A stretch of DNA of 64,000 bases from an uncultured Planctomycetaceae bacterium (lineage in GTDB: Bacteria > Planctomycetota > Planctomycetia > Pirellulales > PALSA-1355): NCBI GenBank assembly GCA_963793635.1, contig CAWCAX010000004.1, positions 1,276,004-1,340,003 of the forward strand, given 5' to 3'. Shown in pieces: positions 20,989-32,502 of this stretch (position 1 is its first letter; the number at the start of each line of letters is the position of its first letter). Position numbers and translations under genes: made by a program. The notes below the pieces were generated by a model. The model was not told the DNA's origin. It saw only the letters and a program-made list of their open reading frames with translations, and made no database searches.

Positions 20989-22083
20989 TCAGTAGGAGTT
21001 GGGATCCAGAATGGCGCCATCCGTCGACAAATTCAGTTGGTCCCAGACGCCCAGATTGTTCCAACTCGTGCCCAGATTGATCGCGTCGCTCAGGAAACGC
21101 ACACTGCCATCGGCCAGGCAGACGTTCACTCCGCCGGCGTGCATGCTCCGCGCCGTCTGTTGCCAATTGGGCCAACTAGAGATGCCGTGATCGTCGGAAC
21201 AAGGCATCCCCAACTGGATCATGGTCGCCTCGGCCGGGCTGTCCTGCTGCGGTGCCAGGCCGGTGATTTGCGACTCGATCAACTCGCAGTTGGCGACGTC
21301 GTCGGCCTTGGGTGAGAGACAGTTTGGCCCGTTGTCGTCGCCTTGATAACCATGTTTATACAGCGCACTGGGACAAGCGCCGCTCATGGCCCAAACGCCG
21401 CGCGAGTCGATCGGAATCAGCCCGGCCCGCAGTTCGCCCAACAGGATCGTGCGGCTGGTGCCGTCGCTGATTTGCTTGATTCCGATCGAGATATCGGGAC
21501 CCATGATTCCGCGACACAGCGGATTGATCCAGGAGCTGTAAGCCAAATCTTCCTGGTCCAGGCTCCCGTTGGCGCCGTAATTGCCCCGGGCCCAATTGGC
21601 TCCGACTCCGAATTGCGTGCCGTCGAACGGCACTTGATTGTACACGTCGCTCGGACAGAGCATGAAGTCGAGCACCGTCCCCCTGGCGTTGGCGTTGGCC
21701 GGATCAGAGACATATTTCGACAAGTCGAACAGGTTGCTGACGTTCTGCCCCTCGATGTACGGCAGCACCATGACGACCCAGTTCTCGCTCAAGTTCGGCG
21801 TGTTGGTCGTATCGATGTCGCCCAGGCTCCTCCATTTGGACGAGGGTGGAAAAATGCGCCACACATCGTGATAGTTGTGCAGCGCCAGCCCCAACTGCTT
21901 GAGGTTGTTCGCGCACTGCGCACGGCGCACCGCCTCGCGCGCTGCCTGCACGGCCGGCAACAGCAGTGCGATCAAGATGCCGATAATGGCAATCACGACC
22001 AGCATCTCGATCAGGCTGAGTCCTCGCCTTCCGGCGTGCCGGGGCACATCGGGCGCGTCGAGCGAGGATTTCGAAAAAGACAT
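20989..22083 (-). CDS. DUF1559 protein with a prepilin-type N-terminal methylation motif.
   Basis: [53 protein letters not shown] ... MLCPSD ... HAGGVNVCLADGSVRFL. ATG 22083 is preceded by GGAAGGAG. Confidence 0.85.
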   Translation of the reverse strand: MSFSKSSLDAPDVPRHAGRRGLSLIEMLVVIAIIGILIALLLPAVQAAREAVRRAQCANNLKQLGLALHNYHDVWRIFPPSSKWRSLGDIDTTNTPNLSENWVVMVLPYIEGQNVSNLFDLSKYVSDPANANARGTVLDFMLCPSDVYNQVPFDGTQFGVGANWARGNYGANGSLDQEDLAYSSWINPLCRGIMGPDISIGIKQISDGTSRTILLGELRAGLIPIDSRGVWAMSGACPSALYKHGYQGDDNGPNCLSPKADDVANCELIESQITGLAPQQDSPAEATMIQLGMPCSDDHGISSWPNWQQTARSMHAGGVNVCLADGSVRFLSDAINLGTSWNNLGVWDQLNLSTDGAILDPNSY

Positions 22084-22227
22084 TACGACACTCCTTCCGC
22101 CCTTGCACGCAGGCACACGCACAGCTGTCGTCGCGGTTGGAGCCGCTGCCGGCAATGACCACGTCGGGATGCTGCGGGGCCTGGGCGCGCTGGAAGTGCA
22201 AAAACGCTCAAGTTTTGGTTGCCACGT

Positions 22228-23013
22228 TCAATCATTCCGCAGCACGCGGCGACGCCGCACCACGGCGAGCAATCCTAGCCCAGCCAGTCCACCAAGCACC
22301 AGCGACGACGGCTCGGGCACTACCTGCACCAATTGGATACCGTTGAAGTCGGCTTCTTGATAAAGATTATTGATCGCCTCCGAAGTGTTCGGATTGGGGG
22401 CGTAGGTTCCGCTGATCGTTCCGCCGCCAGACCCCACGGTGACACCGCGGAACAGGACGTAATTGTCTCCTTCACTGTAGGTGCTGTCCGTGGTATTCAC
22501 CGTGCGGTCGATGCCGCCGTCCGCCGTGCCACCGGTTACGGTGACGATCGTTCCCACATCGTGGAAGTCCCCGTTGACGGCATAGACGTAGACATCGTAG
22601 TTGCCCGCGGGAACATTGGTCAACGAAAAGTTTCCCACGTGGCTTGCAGCCTGCGTGGCCCAGTCGTCGAGCATGGCGTTGTTCGTCCCTGAGGCGTACC
22701 CGTAGCCGTTGTCTACCGAAAGGCCGACGGTCGTTGTTGTACTGCCATCCGATAGGTAGATCGTACCGCTGCTCGTAATCGGGTTCGTCGATCCAGAAGT
22801 GCCGCCATTGGCGGAATTCCAATAGGTTCCCGTGTCGGGGGCCGCCCCGACGCCGCTATAGGTTCCAGGGTTGTTGCCGCCGGCGGAGACGGCATTAATG
22901 TCGACGTCGAAATTCACGACAAACGGGGCGGCGCTCAGCGAACTCGGCGCGAACGAGAGGAGCAAGCTCGCAACGGCGGCGGAAATCAGATTCAGATGAA
23001 TGGTGCGTGTCAT
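22228..23013 (-). CDS. PEP-CTERM sorting-domain protein.
   Basis: Signal peptide MTRTIHLNLISAAVASLLLSFAPSSLSA. C-terminus VPEPSSLVLGGLAGLGLLAVVRRRR. Confidence 0.85.
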   Translation of the reverse strand: MTRTIHLNLISAAVASLLLSFAPSSLSAAPFVVNFDVDINAVSAGGNNPGTYSGVGAAPDTGTYWNSANGGTSGSTNPITSSGTIYLSDGSTTTTVGLSVDNGYGYASGTNNAMLDDWATQAASHVGNFSLTNVPAGNYDVYVYAVNGDFHDVGTIVTVTGGTADGGIDRTVNTTDSTYSEGDNYVLFRGVTVGSGGGTISGTYAPNPNTSEAINNLYQEADFNGIQLVQVVPEPSSLVLGGLAGLGLLAVVRRRRVLRND

Positions 23014-23513
23014 GGTTTGGTCCTAACTGGGGTTTTGTTGATCCGAGATTCTCGAAATGGATTGAGCCGGGAACCGATCCAGGCTCACAACACCTCACCG
23101 CTTTACATTGCGCTTGCGCGGAATCATTGGCCAAATAAGGAGCACCGCTCCACCGCAAGCTCGCACCGCGAAGACGGCGGCGCTAGGCAAGCAGTCGAAC
23201 GTCGAACGGCCTTGCAGAACCGATTTGAGGGTGATTGGGAAACGGATGGATTTGTGTTTCCGACACTCAACTACCCCGACCCCGGTGCCACTTTTTTGGG
23301 GGGATTCCCCCAAAATTCTCGTTGCCGGCACGCGTGGCCGCAAGCCTAAGGACCGTGCGACATTCTTACCGAACTTCGCGGCGAAATGATCCGCGAGCAG
23401 GATTTGTCACTAGCCCTCTCCGGCCAAGGTAGTTGAAAACTCACGCCAAGACTTGAAAACTTCGCGGCCCGAGCCGCCTGAAAATGTGAAGCTCAATCTA
23501 ATTCGGTCCGGGG

Positions 23514-25185
23514 TCATGGATCGCGCAGCTCCAGCACAGGGTCGCCCAGGCCGATCCAGTCCCCGCCGCTGCGGTCGCCGCCGTCGCTGGAGGCCAGCGT
23601 CAAGAATCCGTCGGAGCGATCCAGCGGCACATAGACGCCAAACGGCGTGTCCTTAATCGTGAAGCTGCGCCGCTCGAAGCGCGCTTTGCCGTCGACGATG
23701 ACGAAGAAGTCGGCCCTGGGAGCCCGATCGACGACGTCCGAGTTACCGACAATCGCCCGAAAGCCGCTAATGCGCTGTTTCCGGCCGCGCTGGAGACTAG
23801 CCAGATCGAGCGTCAGGCCGGCGTTGGGCAGCAACAACAAGAAACCGTGCGGGGGCTCGCCAAAATCCACATCCCCCAACTTGCTGGCGATCTGCCCCGG
23901 TTGGGTGCCGAACAATTCGCCCCCGGCACGAATGTGGTCCCAGGCATAGGCCGAGGTCTGCGGAAACTCGAACCGATGGCCGGCCGAGTCGATTTGCGTC
24001 GGGCCATCGGGCATGAAGCAGCCGTCCAGCACGCGGTGGTTGGGCGTGGGATGGTACTTCCCGTCGGAAGTGCGATTGGAAAAAGGGAGCGTGCCGAATT
24101 GCCCGGTCGCCGGATCGATCGCCAGGCCGCGGTTGCGGCCGGTGCCGTCGCCGCCGCAGAGCAAATCGACAACATCCAGTCGGTGCTCGTTTCCCAGCGC
24201 TGCCGGCTTGGGCTTATTGTCCGCGGCGCTAGCAAATCGCCCTGGGTCGGAATCGATGCTGCTCATCACGCCGGCTTCGCTGACGCGGATGGCCTGGCCG
24301 GCAGTCAAACGCACCGCCTTGCCGACCGGCCGGCGCGCCGGAGATAAATTGCCGACGGCGTTCCGCGGGCGCACCTCGGCGGCCCCCTCAATCAGATGCA
24401 CCTCGGCCTGACCGCGTTCGTCCACCTCGACGCCGAATTCGGTTCCCAGGTCGACGACTTCGATCCGCTCGGCCTCGACGGTAAAGCCAATCGCCTGCCG
24501 GGGCACTCGGGCCACTAGTTTGCCGTGTTCCATCCGCAACCGGCCTGGGGAGATAAATTCGAGCGCGCAGGGACCGACCGCGGTCACGTCGACACCGTTG
24601 TCGAAGCGGAATTTAGCCACGCCTCTAACCAACTCGAGCGCCTGGCCGGCGACGACTTTCGGGTCAGGCTGGGCGGCAGCGGTCTTCCAGACGCAGCCCA
24701 CGGGCTCCAGCAACTGCGCAATCGGCGCGCCGGCCTCGACGCCGCGCTCGGCCTCGTGCGGCGCCTGGAAGGCTCGATGGAATGCGACGGCGATCAGCAG
24801 ACTGACGAAGTACAACGAGAGCGCCGTCGCCACGACCACCGCCCGCATCTGCGGTGAGCTGCCCCCCCAGGCTGCCGTGCAGCTCGACCACAACCGAGCT
24901 GCCAAGGCCACTGCGCCGACCACGCCCGGCGGCAGCGCCCATCGTCGGCCAGGGGCAGTTCGAGCGGTGGCGCCGCAGCGCGCGGCGATTCCGGCGGCAG
25001 CCGATCGAGCCGGGCGCGCTCGCGCAATTCCTGGTGCAAGTCGAGGTAGTGGACGTAACGGCGGCGAGCAGCCGGATCGCGCGTCAGGATCGACTCGAGC
25101 GCACGATCTCGTCAGTCGTGGCCCGCTGATCCACCAGCCTGGCCAGCAGCCTGTCGAGCGGCAAGTCGGCAAGTCGCTCAGCCAT
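23514..25185 (-). pseudogene. FecR-like anti-sigma factor with a large extracytoplasmic C-terminal domain. Two frameshifts as sequenced.
   Basis: ATG 25185 (MAERLADLPLDRLLARLVDQRATTDEIVR), then LESILTRDPAARRRYVHYLDLHQELRERA in a second frame, then the TM segment MRAVVVATALSLYFVSLLIAVAF and the FecR region in ORF 23514..25223. The shifts are near 25100 and 24945. Confidence 0.7.
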
Positions 25186-25732
25186 GGTCCCATCCTTCCC
25201 GGGCCAGCGCCGCTTCGATGCAACCCAGCAATCGGCCGCGCAATTTCTCGACTATGTAGTACAACCGCCGCACATCGAGGCCGGCTCGGACTGCGTGCTG
25301 CTGCACGGCGCCGTGCTGGCCGTAACGATCCAGCAGCAGCGCGCGGTCGCCGTCGCTCAGCTTGCTGAGGCAGCTATCCAGCGCCCGCCGGCGCACTTCG
25401 AGCAGCGGCGATTCCTCCGCGATCGTAGCGTTGAGCTGCGCCACCAGCTCCTCGGAAAACAATACCCGTTCGCGGGCTTGGCGCTGCCGCGACTTCAGGA
25501 TCTCAAGATAGGCGAAGCGAATCGCCCAGGGGACGAAAGGCTGCTCGGGGTCAAACTCGTCCAGCTTCCGCCAGAGCTGGATCGACACCTCTTGCATGAC
25601 GTCTTCGGCATCCGCCTGGCGCGGCAACAGGAAGAAGACGTAGCGGCGAACCTGCGGCTCGGCTTGGAGCCACAATTCCTGAAATACTGCGTTGACTTGT
25701 TGCACGGCCTGGGCTCTCAAATGAACTAACAT
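25178..25732 (-). CDS. ECF-type RNA polymerase sigma-70 factor.
   Basis: Region 2: DAEDVMQEVSIQLWRKLDEFDPEQPFVPWAIRFAYLEILKSRQ. Region 4: LSDGDRALLLDRY...RRLYYIVEKLRGRL. It overlaps the anti-sigma start by 8 nt. Confidence 0.85.
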   Translation of the reverse strand: MLVHLRAQAVQQVNAVFQELWLQAEPQVRRYVFFLLPRQADAEDVMQEVSIQLWRKLDEFDPEQPFVPWAIRFAYLEILKSRQRQARERVLFSEELVAQLNATIAEESPLLEVRRRALDSCLSKLSDGDRALLLDRYGQHGAVQQHAVRAGLDVRRLYYIVEKLRGRLLGCIEAALAREGWDHG

Positions 25733-28341
25733 CCCCTCTACCAGATACTCCGCACAACGCTACAAATTTACAGAAGAAATTTCAAAAATGTGCCCATTCC
25801 AGGCGCCCAAGTGCGAAATTACGGGGCCAGCGGGGCACGACCTGGCGAAATCGGTCGTTCGGCGGCCCCAATCGGTTTGGAAGCTAAGTAAGTCGGCCTA
25901 TTGAGGCGCGACACTCCGGTTCGTACGGCCCCACTTGCCGGCCGCGCCGTTCGTGGCCCAGGAGCAGGTCGCTGCCAGACCGGCCGCGCTGGGTGCGCGG
26001 CGCTCGATTGGGGCATGCGCACTTGCTCGTGGCGGCAGGGGTGCTCGGAAAAAAATATCGCGCTCATCAACGGAATTTGTTGAAATCTTGCGGACATATT
26101 TGGGCGGCCCTGTTGTTGATGGTTAGCGGACCGGTCGTGGTCCGTTCTGGACGCTCGATTGCGCAGACATAAAGAATTCAAGGCACAGGGAATTGCCGCG
26201 GTGGGCAATGGCGAGCAGCTCGTGCTGTCGGCCGAAGTGGCTTTTGGCTCCAGCGGAGCCGGCCGCGGGGTTTCTGGCCGATCAGCGCGGGCCAAACCGC
26301 TAATTCGCAGCTCAGCTGGGCGGAGGCCCAGCCGTGGACTTCATGCTGTGGCGGAATCCTCTGACAACACCCCAAGCCAGGAAGTAAATCCTTATGATTA
26401 AGCTCTTTGCCATGTTCGGAAAGCGGTTCGCGAAAAAGTCTTCGGCCCGGCGGCGGCCCGCAATGGCTGCCAGTCGCCTGGCGCTCGCCCGCAACATGCG
26501 CCTGGAGCCGCTCGAAGACCGCCACCTGTTGTCGATCAACATTCCCATCTTAAATGGCAATTTCGAGTCGCCGACTTGGGTTCGAAAGTGGTAGCAGCTG
26601 GGTGCAACAGGCCGTGGCCCCCGGTACTCAAGCCCCGAACTACAACGAGCTCGATCCGCGCTTTGGCGTGCCCGGTTTTGCCAAGACGGCGCAGGGCTAT
26701 GGGGGACCCGGCCCGAACGGCGAAGGGATGTACAGCGAGCGCAACGATCCCACCTGGTTCAACTACGTGAACGGGCAGTTGCCGGCGCCGGCCAATGGCA
26801 CCAATTTCTTTTCCCTGATTCCGGCCCCGGGCGGCACCTACCACTTCATGGTTGACCAGCAACCCAACACCACGGGCGATGCCGGGAACCACGGCGACAT
26901 CAACTATCCGCCGATGATTGCAGCCACAGTCGCCCGTGCCGGCGAAACGTACCAGGCAACGGTGGCGCTGGGCAATCCGCTCGTGAACGCAAGCAACGTA
27001 GCGTTCCCCGATGTCGAGCTCGACCTGACTCTGGGCGCAGGCACTTATTACACGCCCAGTTATACGAATAGTTACAACTACACGACTGGCACCACGAACC
27101 CGCCTCAGTCGGGTGACACCGGGCTGGATTACCAGGGTTACGGTACGGCGGTCGCGTCGGCGTTTTCGAACACCAGCGTCGATCCGACCTGGCAACTTGC
27201 ACCGGGAACCTTCAAGGATCTGACGGTCACCTGGACCTGCCCGACCCAGGACGATGGCATGCCGCTAGACATCCAGATTGTCTACAACGGCGTGTCGGTG
27301 CCGACGGCCATGGACAACATCCGGCTGGTCGACATCACCACGCCGCCGACGGCTCCCACCGCCGTGGTGGCCGCGGGCGCCAACACGAGCCAGATCAACG
27401 TCAACTGGACCGACGCTGCGACCAACGTGACGGGGTATCAGATCGACCAGTCCACGACCTCGGATTTCAGTTCGGGCGTGACCACCACGACGGTGGGCGC
27501 CGCCACGCCCTTTTACACCGCTACGGGATTGTCGGCCAGCACCACCTACTACTTCCGCGTACGGGCTTATAACGGCGCCGGCGTCTCGGTGAACACCGCC
27601 ACGGTGAACGCAACGACCGGCTCGGGTGGCACGCCTGTTTCCGTCAACGTGCCCGACGGCAATTTTGCGAACGATTCGCCGGGCAACGCCATCAACTCGA
27701 ATTCCGGCGGCGGCGTGACATTCACTCAGCCCATGACGGGCACGCTCGCGGGTTGGGCCCTCAGTGCCACTCCGAGCACGGCCCAGGGCGGTTTCTACGC
27801 CGACTGGCAGCCGTTTGGCGTGGTCGACAATGTCACCAGCGGCAACGGAGCGGGTCCGCTCTCCAACAACGCCCCGTGGCTCGCCAATCAACCCGCGTCG
27901 ACGTATAACGCATTCATCTATTATCCCGGCGAACAGTACAGCGACGGTACGGTCGTGACGGGGGCCCAACCGGGCGCGAGCCTGACCATGACCTCGACCG
28001 GCATCAATGCATCCGCCGTGGCGGGGACGACCTACACCGCGTCGATTCAGTACGGCAACGTGAGCTGGGCCAGTGCCAATGTCAACCCTTCGGCAAACGT
28101 GGCGTTCAACATTCTGGCCAATGGCGTCGTGGTCAGCTCGAGTCATTACACCGGGTTGGCTCAAGGTGCGCCTTGGACTCCGATTACGGTGGGCTGGGTG
28201 GCCGATGCGGCGCACGCCGGCCAGACAATCCAGCTCCAGGTCGTGGCGAAGAATTTCCTCGAAGGGCCCGTCAATCAATGGGAGGTTCCGACCTTCGGGT
28301 TTGCCAGCACCACGCTGACGGCCGCCGCGGCCCAAGGCAAT

Positions 28342-29196
28342 CCCCCGGCAGCTCCCAGCGGTTTGGCGGCCAATGTCGCCTCGTCGAGCCAGATCAATCT
28401 AAGCTGGACCGACAACTCGAACAACGAGACCGGTTTTGCCATCGACCAGGCCACCAGTGCCGACTTCTCGCAGAACCTGACCACGGTCTCCGTGGGCGCC
28501 AACATCACCACATACAGCGCAAGCGGCCTGTCGGCCAGTACCACCTACTACTACCGCGTGCGGGCCATCAACGCCGTCGGCAACTCGGCCAATTCCAACT
28601 CCGCCAGCGCCACCACCCAGGCCGCCGTACCGGCACCTCCCAGCGGTTTGACGGCCACCGCCGGCTCGTCGAGCCAGATCAACCTGAGCTGGACCGACAA
28701 CTCGAACAACGAGACCGGTTTCAAGATCGACCAGTCTACCGGCTCTGATTTCTCGCAGAACCTGACCACCGTGACCGTGGCCGCCAATACCACCTCGTAC
28801 AGTGCCACCGGCCTGGCCGCCAGCACCACCTATTATTACCGCGTGCGGGCGACCAATGCCGTCGGCGACTCGGCCAATTCCAACACCGCCAACGCCACCA
28901 CACAGGTAGGCATCCCGGCGGCTCCCAGCAGTTTGACGGCTACCGCGGCTTCGTCCAGCCAGATCAACCTGATCTGGACCGACAACTCCAACAACGAGAC
29001 CGGTTTTGCCATCGACCAGGCCACCAACAGCTCATTCACCGCCGGACTGACCACTTACAACGTGGGGGCCAACGTCACCAGCTACAGCGCCTCCGGACTG
29101 GCCGCCAGCACCACTTACTACTACCGCGTGCGGGCGGTCAACAGCAGCGGCAGCTCCGCCAACACCGCCAGCGCCAGCGCCAGCACCATGGCAGCC
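28342..29196 (+). repeat. Three tandem 285-bp FN3-coding repeats.
   Basis: The block TGGACCGACAACTC(G/C)AACAACGAGACCGGTTT recurs at 28401, 28686 and 28971, a 285-nt period. Confidence 0.85.
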
Positions 29197-30202
29197 GGCA
29201 CCATCACCGTTCCCGACGGTGACTTCTCCGCCGACTTGGCCGGCTACGTGATCAACTCGAATACCGGCGGCGGACTGACTTTCACCTCGCCCATGAACGG
29301 CACGCTCTCGGGCTGGTCGATCTCGGCCAATCCTAGCAGCGCAAACGGTGGTACCTACTCGGGCTGGGAGCCCTACGGCCTGGTTGACAACATCACCAGT
29401 GGCAATAGCGCCAGCCCGTTCAATTCAAACGCGACCCTGATTGGCAATCAGCCGGCCTCGAACTACAACGCATTCGTCTATTACCCTGGCGAGCTCTACA
29501 ACAACGGCAGCGTAGTGGGCGGAGCCCAGCCGCATGCCAAGCTGACCATGACCACCACCGGCATCAGTGCCAATGCGATCGCCGGCAACACCTATACCGC
29601 GACGATCCTCGTCGCCAATGCCAGTTGGAGCAGCGCCGCCACGAATCCCGGTGCCAATGTCGTCTTGAATATCCTGGCGGGCGGCGTAGTGGTAGGCACC
29701 GGCACGCTCTCGGGCCTGGCCCAGAATTCGCCCTGGACGCCCGTCACGGCCACGTGGACTGCCGGCTCCGCTACGCGCCGGCCAGTCGATCCAGTTGCAG
29801 GTGGCGGCCAGCAACTTCCTCGAAGGGCCGGGTACCAGCCAGCAGTGGCAGGTACCCACGCTCGGCCTGGCCAAGGCCACGCTCTCGACCGCCGTGCTGA
29901 GTGGCCTGCCCAATGCTCCCGGCAATCTCACGGCAACGGCCGCTTCGGCCAGCCAGATCAACCTGAGCTGGAGCGACAACTCGAACAACGAGACCGGGTT
30001 CGCCATCGATCAGTCTACCAACGCCAACTTCTCTGCAGGACTGACTACCTACAATGTGGCCGCCAACACAACTGCCTATCAGGTGACGGGCCTGGCGGCC
30101 AATACCACGTACTACTATCGCGTGCGGGCGGTCAACAGTAGCGGCAGCTCGGCCACTACCACGACGGCCAGCACCACCACCACCACGGGCGGCGTGATTA
30201 CG

Positions 30203-31588
30203 GTTCCGGACGGCGACTTTAGCAACGACTCGCCCAGCTACGTGATCAACTCGAACACCGGCGGGGGTCAGACCTTCGCTTCCCCCATGAGCGGCACGCT
30301 TTCGGGCTGGTCGATCACGGGCAACCCAAGCACCGCAAATGGAGGTACCTACGCCGGTTGGGAACCGTATGGCCTTGTCGACAACATCGTCAGTGGCAGC
30401 AGCGCCAGCCCGTTCAGCACCAACGCGATCTTCATCGGCAATCAGCCAGCTTCCAACTACAACGCGTTCGTGTACTACCCTGGTGAGCTCTACAACAGCG
30501 GCAGCGTAGTGAGCGGCGCCCAGCCCAGCGCCAAGCTGACCATGAACACTACCGGCATCAGTGCCAATGCGATCGCCGGCAACACCTATACTGCCACGAT
30601 CCTGGTCGCCAACTCCAGTTGGAGCAACGCCGGCACGAATCCCGGCCCCAACGTCGTGCTGAACATCCTGGCGGGCGGCGTGGTGGTGGGCATCGGCACG
30701 CTCTCGGGCCTGGCACAGAATTCGCCCTGGACACCGCTGACGACGACCTGGACGGCCACCTCGGCCAATGCCGGCCAAGCGATCCAGTTGCAAGTGGTCG
30801 CCAGCAACTTCCTCGAAGGACCGACTCAATGGCAAGTTCCCACGCTCGGCCTGGCCCACGCCACGCTGACGTACGCCGCGCCGGTTGCGATTCCCGTGCC
30901 CGATGGCAACTTCGCCGCGGACTCGGCCAGCTACGTGATCAACTCGAACACAGGCGGCGGTCAGACCTTCACTTCGCCGATGAACGGCACGCTCTCGGGC
31001 TGGTCGATCACGGCCACGCCCAGCACCGCCCACGGCGGCACGTACTCGGGCTGGGAGCCGTACGGCCTGGTCGACAACATCACCAGTGGCAACAGCGGCA
31101 GCCCGTTCAATTCGAACGCGACTCTAATCGGCAATCAGCCGGCCTCGAACTACAACGCGTTCGTCTACTACCCGGGCGAACTCTACAACAGTGGCAGCGT
31201 GGTAGGCGGAGCCCAGCCGATTGCCAAGTTGACGATGACCACGACCGGCATCAGTGCCAACGCCGTGGCGGGCAACACCTATACCGCCACGATCCTGGTC
31301 GCCAACGCAAGCTGGAGCAACGCCGCCACCAATCCGGGCGCCAATGTCGTGTTGAACATCCTGGCCGGCGGCGTGGTCGTCGGCACCGGCACGCTCTCGG
31401 GGCTGGCACAGAATTCGCCCTGGACCCCGGTCACGGCCACCTGGACGGCCACCTCGGCGAACGCCGGCCAGGCGCTCCAGCTTCAGGTGGTGGCCAATAA
31501 CTTCCTCGAAGGGCCGGGCGCCAACCAGCAGTGGCAAGTCCCGACCCTCGGGCTCGCCAATGCCACGCTGACAATGCAACCCAGCGGT
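30203..31588 (+). repeat. Two tandem 693-bp module repeats (A3, A4). Paralogous copies A1 and A2 start at 27649 and 29209.
   Basis: The module starts GT(G/T)CC(C/G)GA(C/T)GG lie at 27649, 29209, 30203 and 30896. A2, A3 and A4 are near-identical at the protein level. Confidence 0.8.
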
Positions 31589-32053
31589 CTGCCGGCCGCT
31601 CCCAGCGGTCTGACGGCGACCACCGTTTCGGCAAATCAAGTTAACCTGAGTTGGACCGATAATTCCAACAACGAGACTGGCTTCGTCATCGACGTGGCGA
31701 CGAACAGTTCGTTTACCACAGGCCTGACCACGTACAGCGTGGGTGTGAACACGACTGCGTACCAGGTGACGGGATTGAGCACGCACACCACGTACTATTT
31801 CCGGGTGCGGGCCGTCAACGGCAGCGGCAACTCGGCCGAAAGTGCCACTGCCAGCGCCACGACCAACTGACCTGAGCTGTTTGACTGATAGATCAGGGCT
31901 GAAGTTTTGATCTTGGGCCGGATCCATTTTTTTGATTCAGACTACTTCAGGTCCCGTCAGGGCCGGCGGCGTGTCTTTCGGCGCGAAGGTGTTGCGGCTC
32001 TGAGCGGCGCGTAGCGGTCCGTTTAGAAAAGGCTTCGGGTTAGTCGGCAGTCG

Positions 32054-32340
32054 GTGGTCAACGTCCCCAAAAGGCAGCGCTTGATGCTCGTGCGAATCCA
32101 GTCCTGGTCTGGACCTGCCCCCAGTGACGACACCCAGGTTAAATTTAGGATTTCCAGGTTCTGTAGCTCGGCCTTGAACGGGACTATCTGCACAATAAAA
32201 ATAGCTACGTCGTTCTGTCGGCCGATCGCGGCGGGGAAGCCGACACTGGTCGTGAAGGACTGATTTGACCATCCGTCCGTGACGACGCTGGAACGGTTTT
32301 ATGCTCGGACGGAGGGCCTCCACGGGGATGCCGTAGGTCG
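32054..32340 (+). pseudogene. Integrase C-terminal remnant (copy B), with an internal stop.
   Basis: GKPTLVVKD*FDHPSVTTLERFYARTEG is homologous to copies A and C and has an in-frame TGA. Confidence 0.45.
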
Positions 32341-32450
32341 GTGGAGAGTGTCGGCTGAATCTCAGGAGGTCTCTCGAAGTCTTCCGCCGTGATGCAACCG
32401 GAGGTACAACAGCGGGTGATGAGTCGGGCGCCGCCGGAATTTTCGGCGGT

Positions 32451-32502
32451 CTTAGGATCCAGAACCCGAAAGGGTGTGAGGGTTCGACTCCCTCCTCTCG
32501 CA
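32451..32502 (+). repeat. att-like copy of a tRNA-Leu 3' half (variant variable arm and T stem).
   Basis: CTTAGGATCCAG-AACCCGAAAGGGTGT-GAGGGTTCGACTCCCTC-CTCTCGCA. It has the same anticodon-loop start and acceptor 3' strand as the tRNA at 18418. It is preceded by the hairpin GCCGCCGGAATTTTCGGCGGT. Confidence 0.6.

Larger units (their letters stand above)
26394..31870 (+). pseudogene. About 1,825-aa secreted FN3/beta-sandwich-module protein. Two frameshifts as sequenced (ORFs 26394..26594, 26554..30141, 29795..31870).
   Basis: N-terminus RLEPLEDRHLLS. There are six FN3 units (SQINLSWTDNSNNETGF.IDQ...TTYYYRVRA.N) and four modules of about 230 aa beginning VPDG(N/D)F and ending QWQVPTLGLA.ATL. 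The frame joins are at about 26575 (NGNFESP|LGFESGSSW) and about 29775 (TATWTAGSA|AGQSIQLQVAASNFLEG, by analogy with the intact modules). Confidence 0.75.

Noticed and set aside
23292-23316. The palindrome TTTTGGGGGG-ATT-CCCCCAAAA downstream of the FecR gene, considered as an intrinsic terminator.
   Set aside because: On either strand the G/C stem is followed by an A run and not a U run, so it does not fit a canonical rho-independent terminator. Its function is unknown.
25733-26393. A shared GGAAT element upstream of both the ECF sigma gene and the giant adhesin gene, considered as a common ECF promoter.
   Set aside because: It is only a 5-nt match, with no convincing spaced -10 (CGT-type) partner at either site. 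The evidence is too weak without alignment to orthologous regions.
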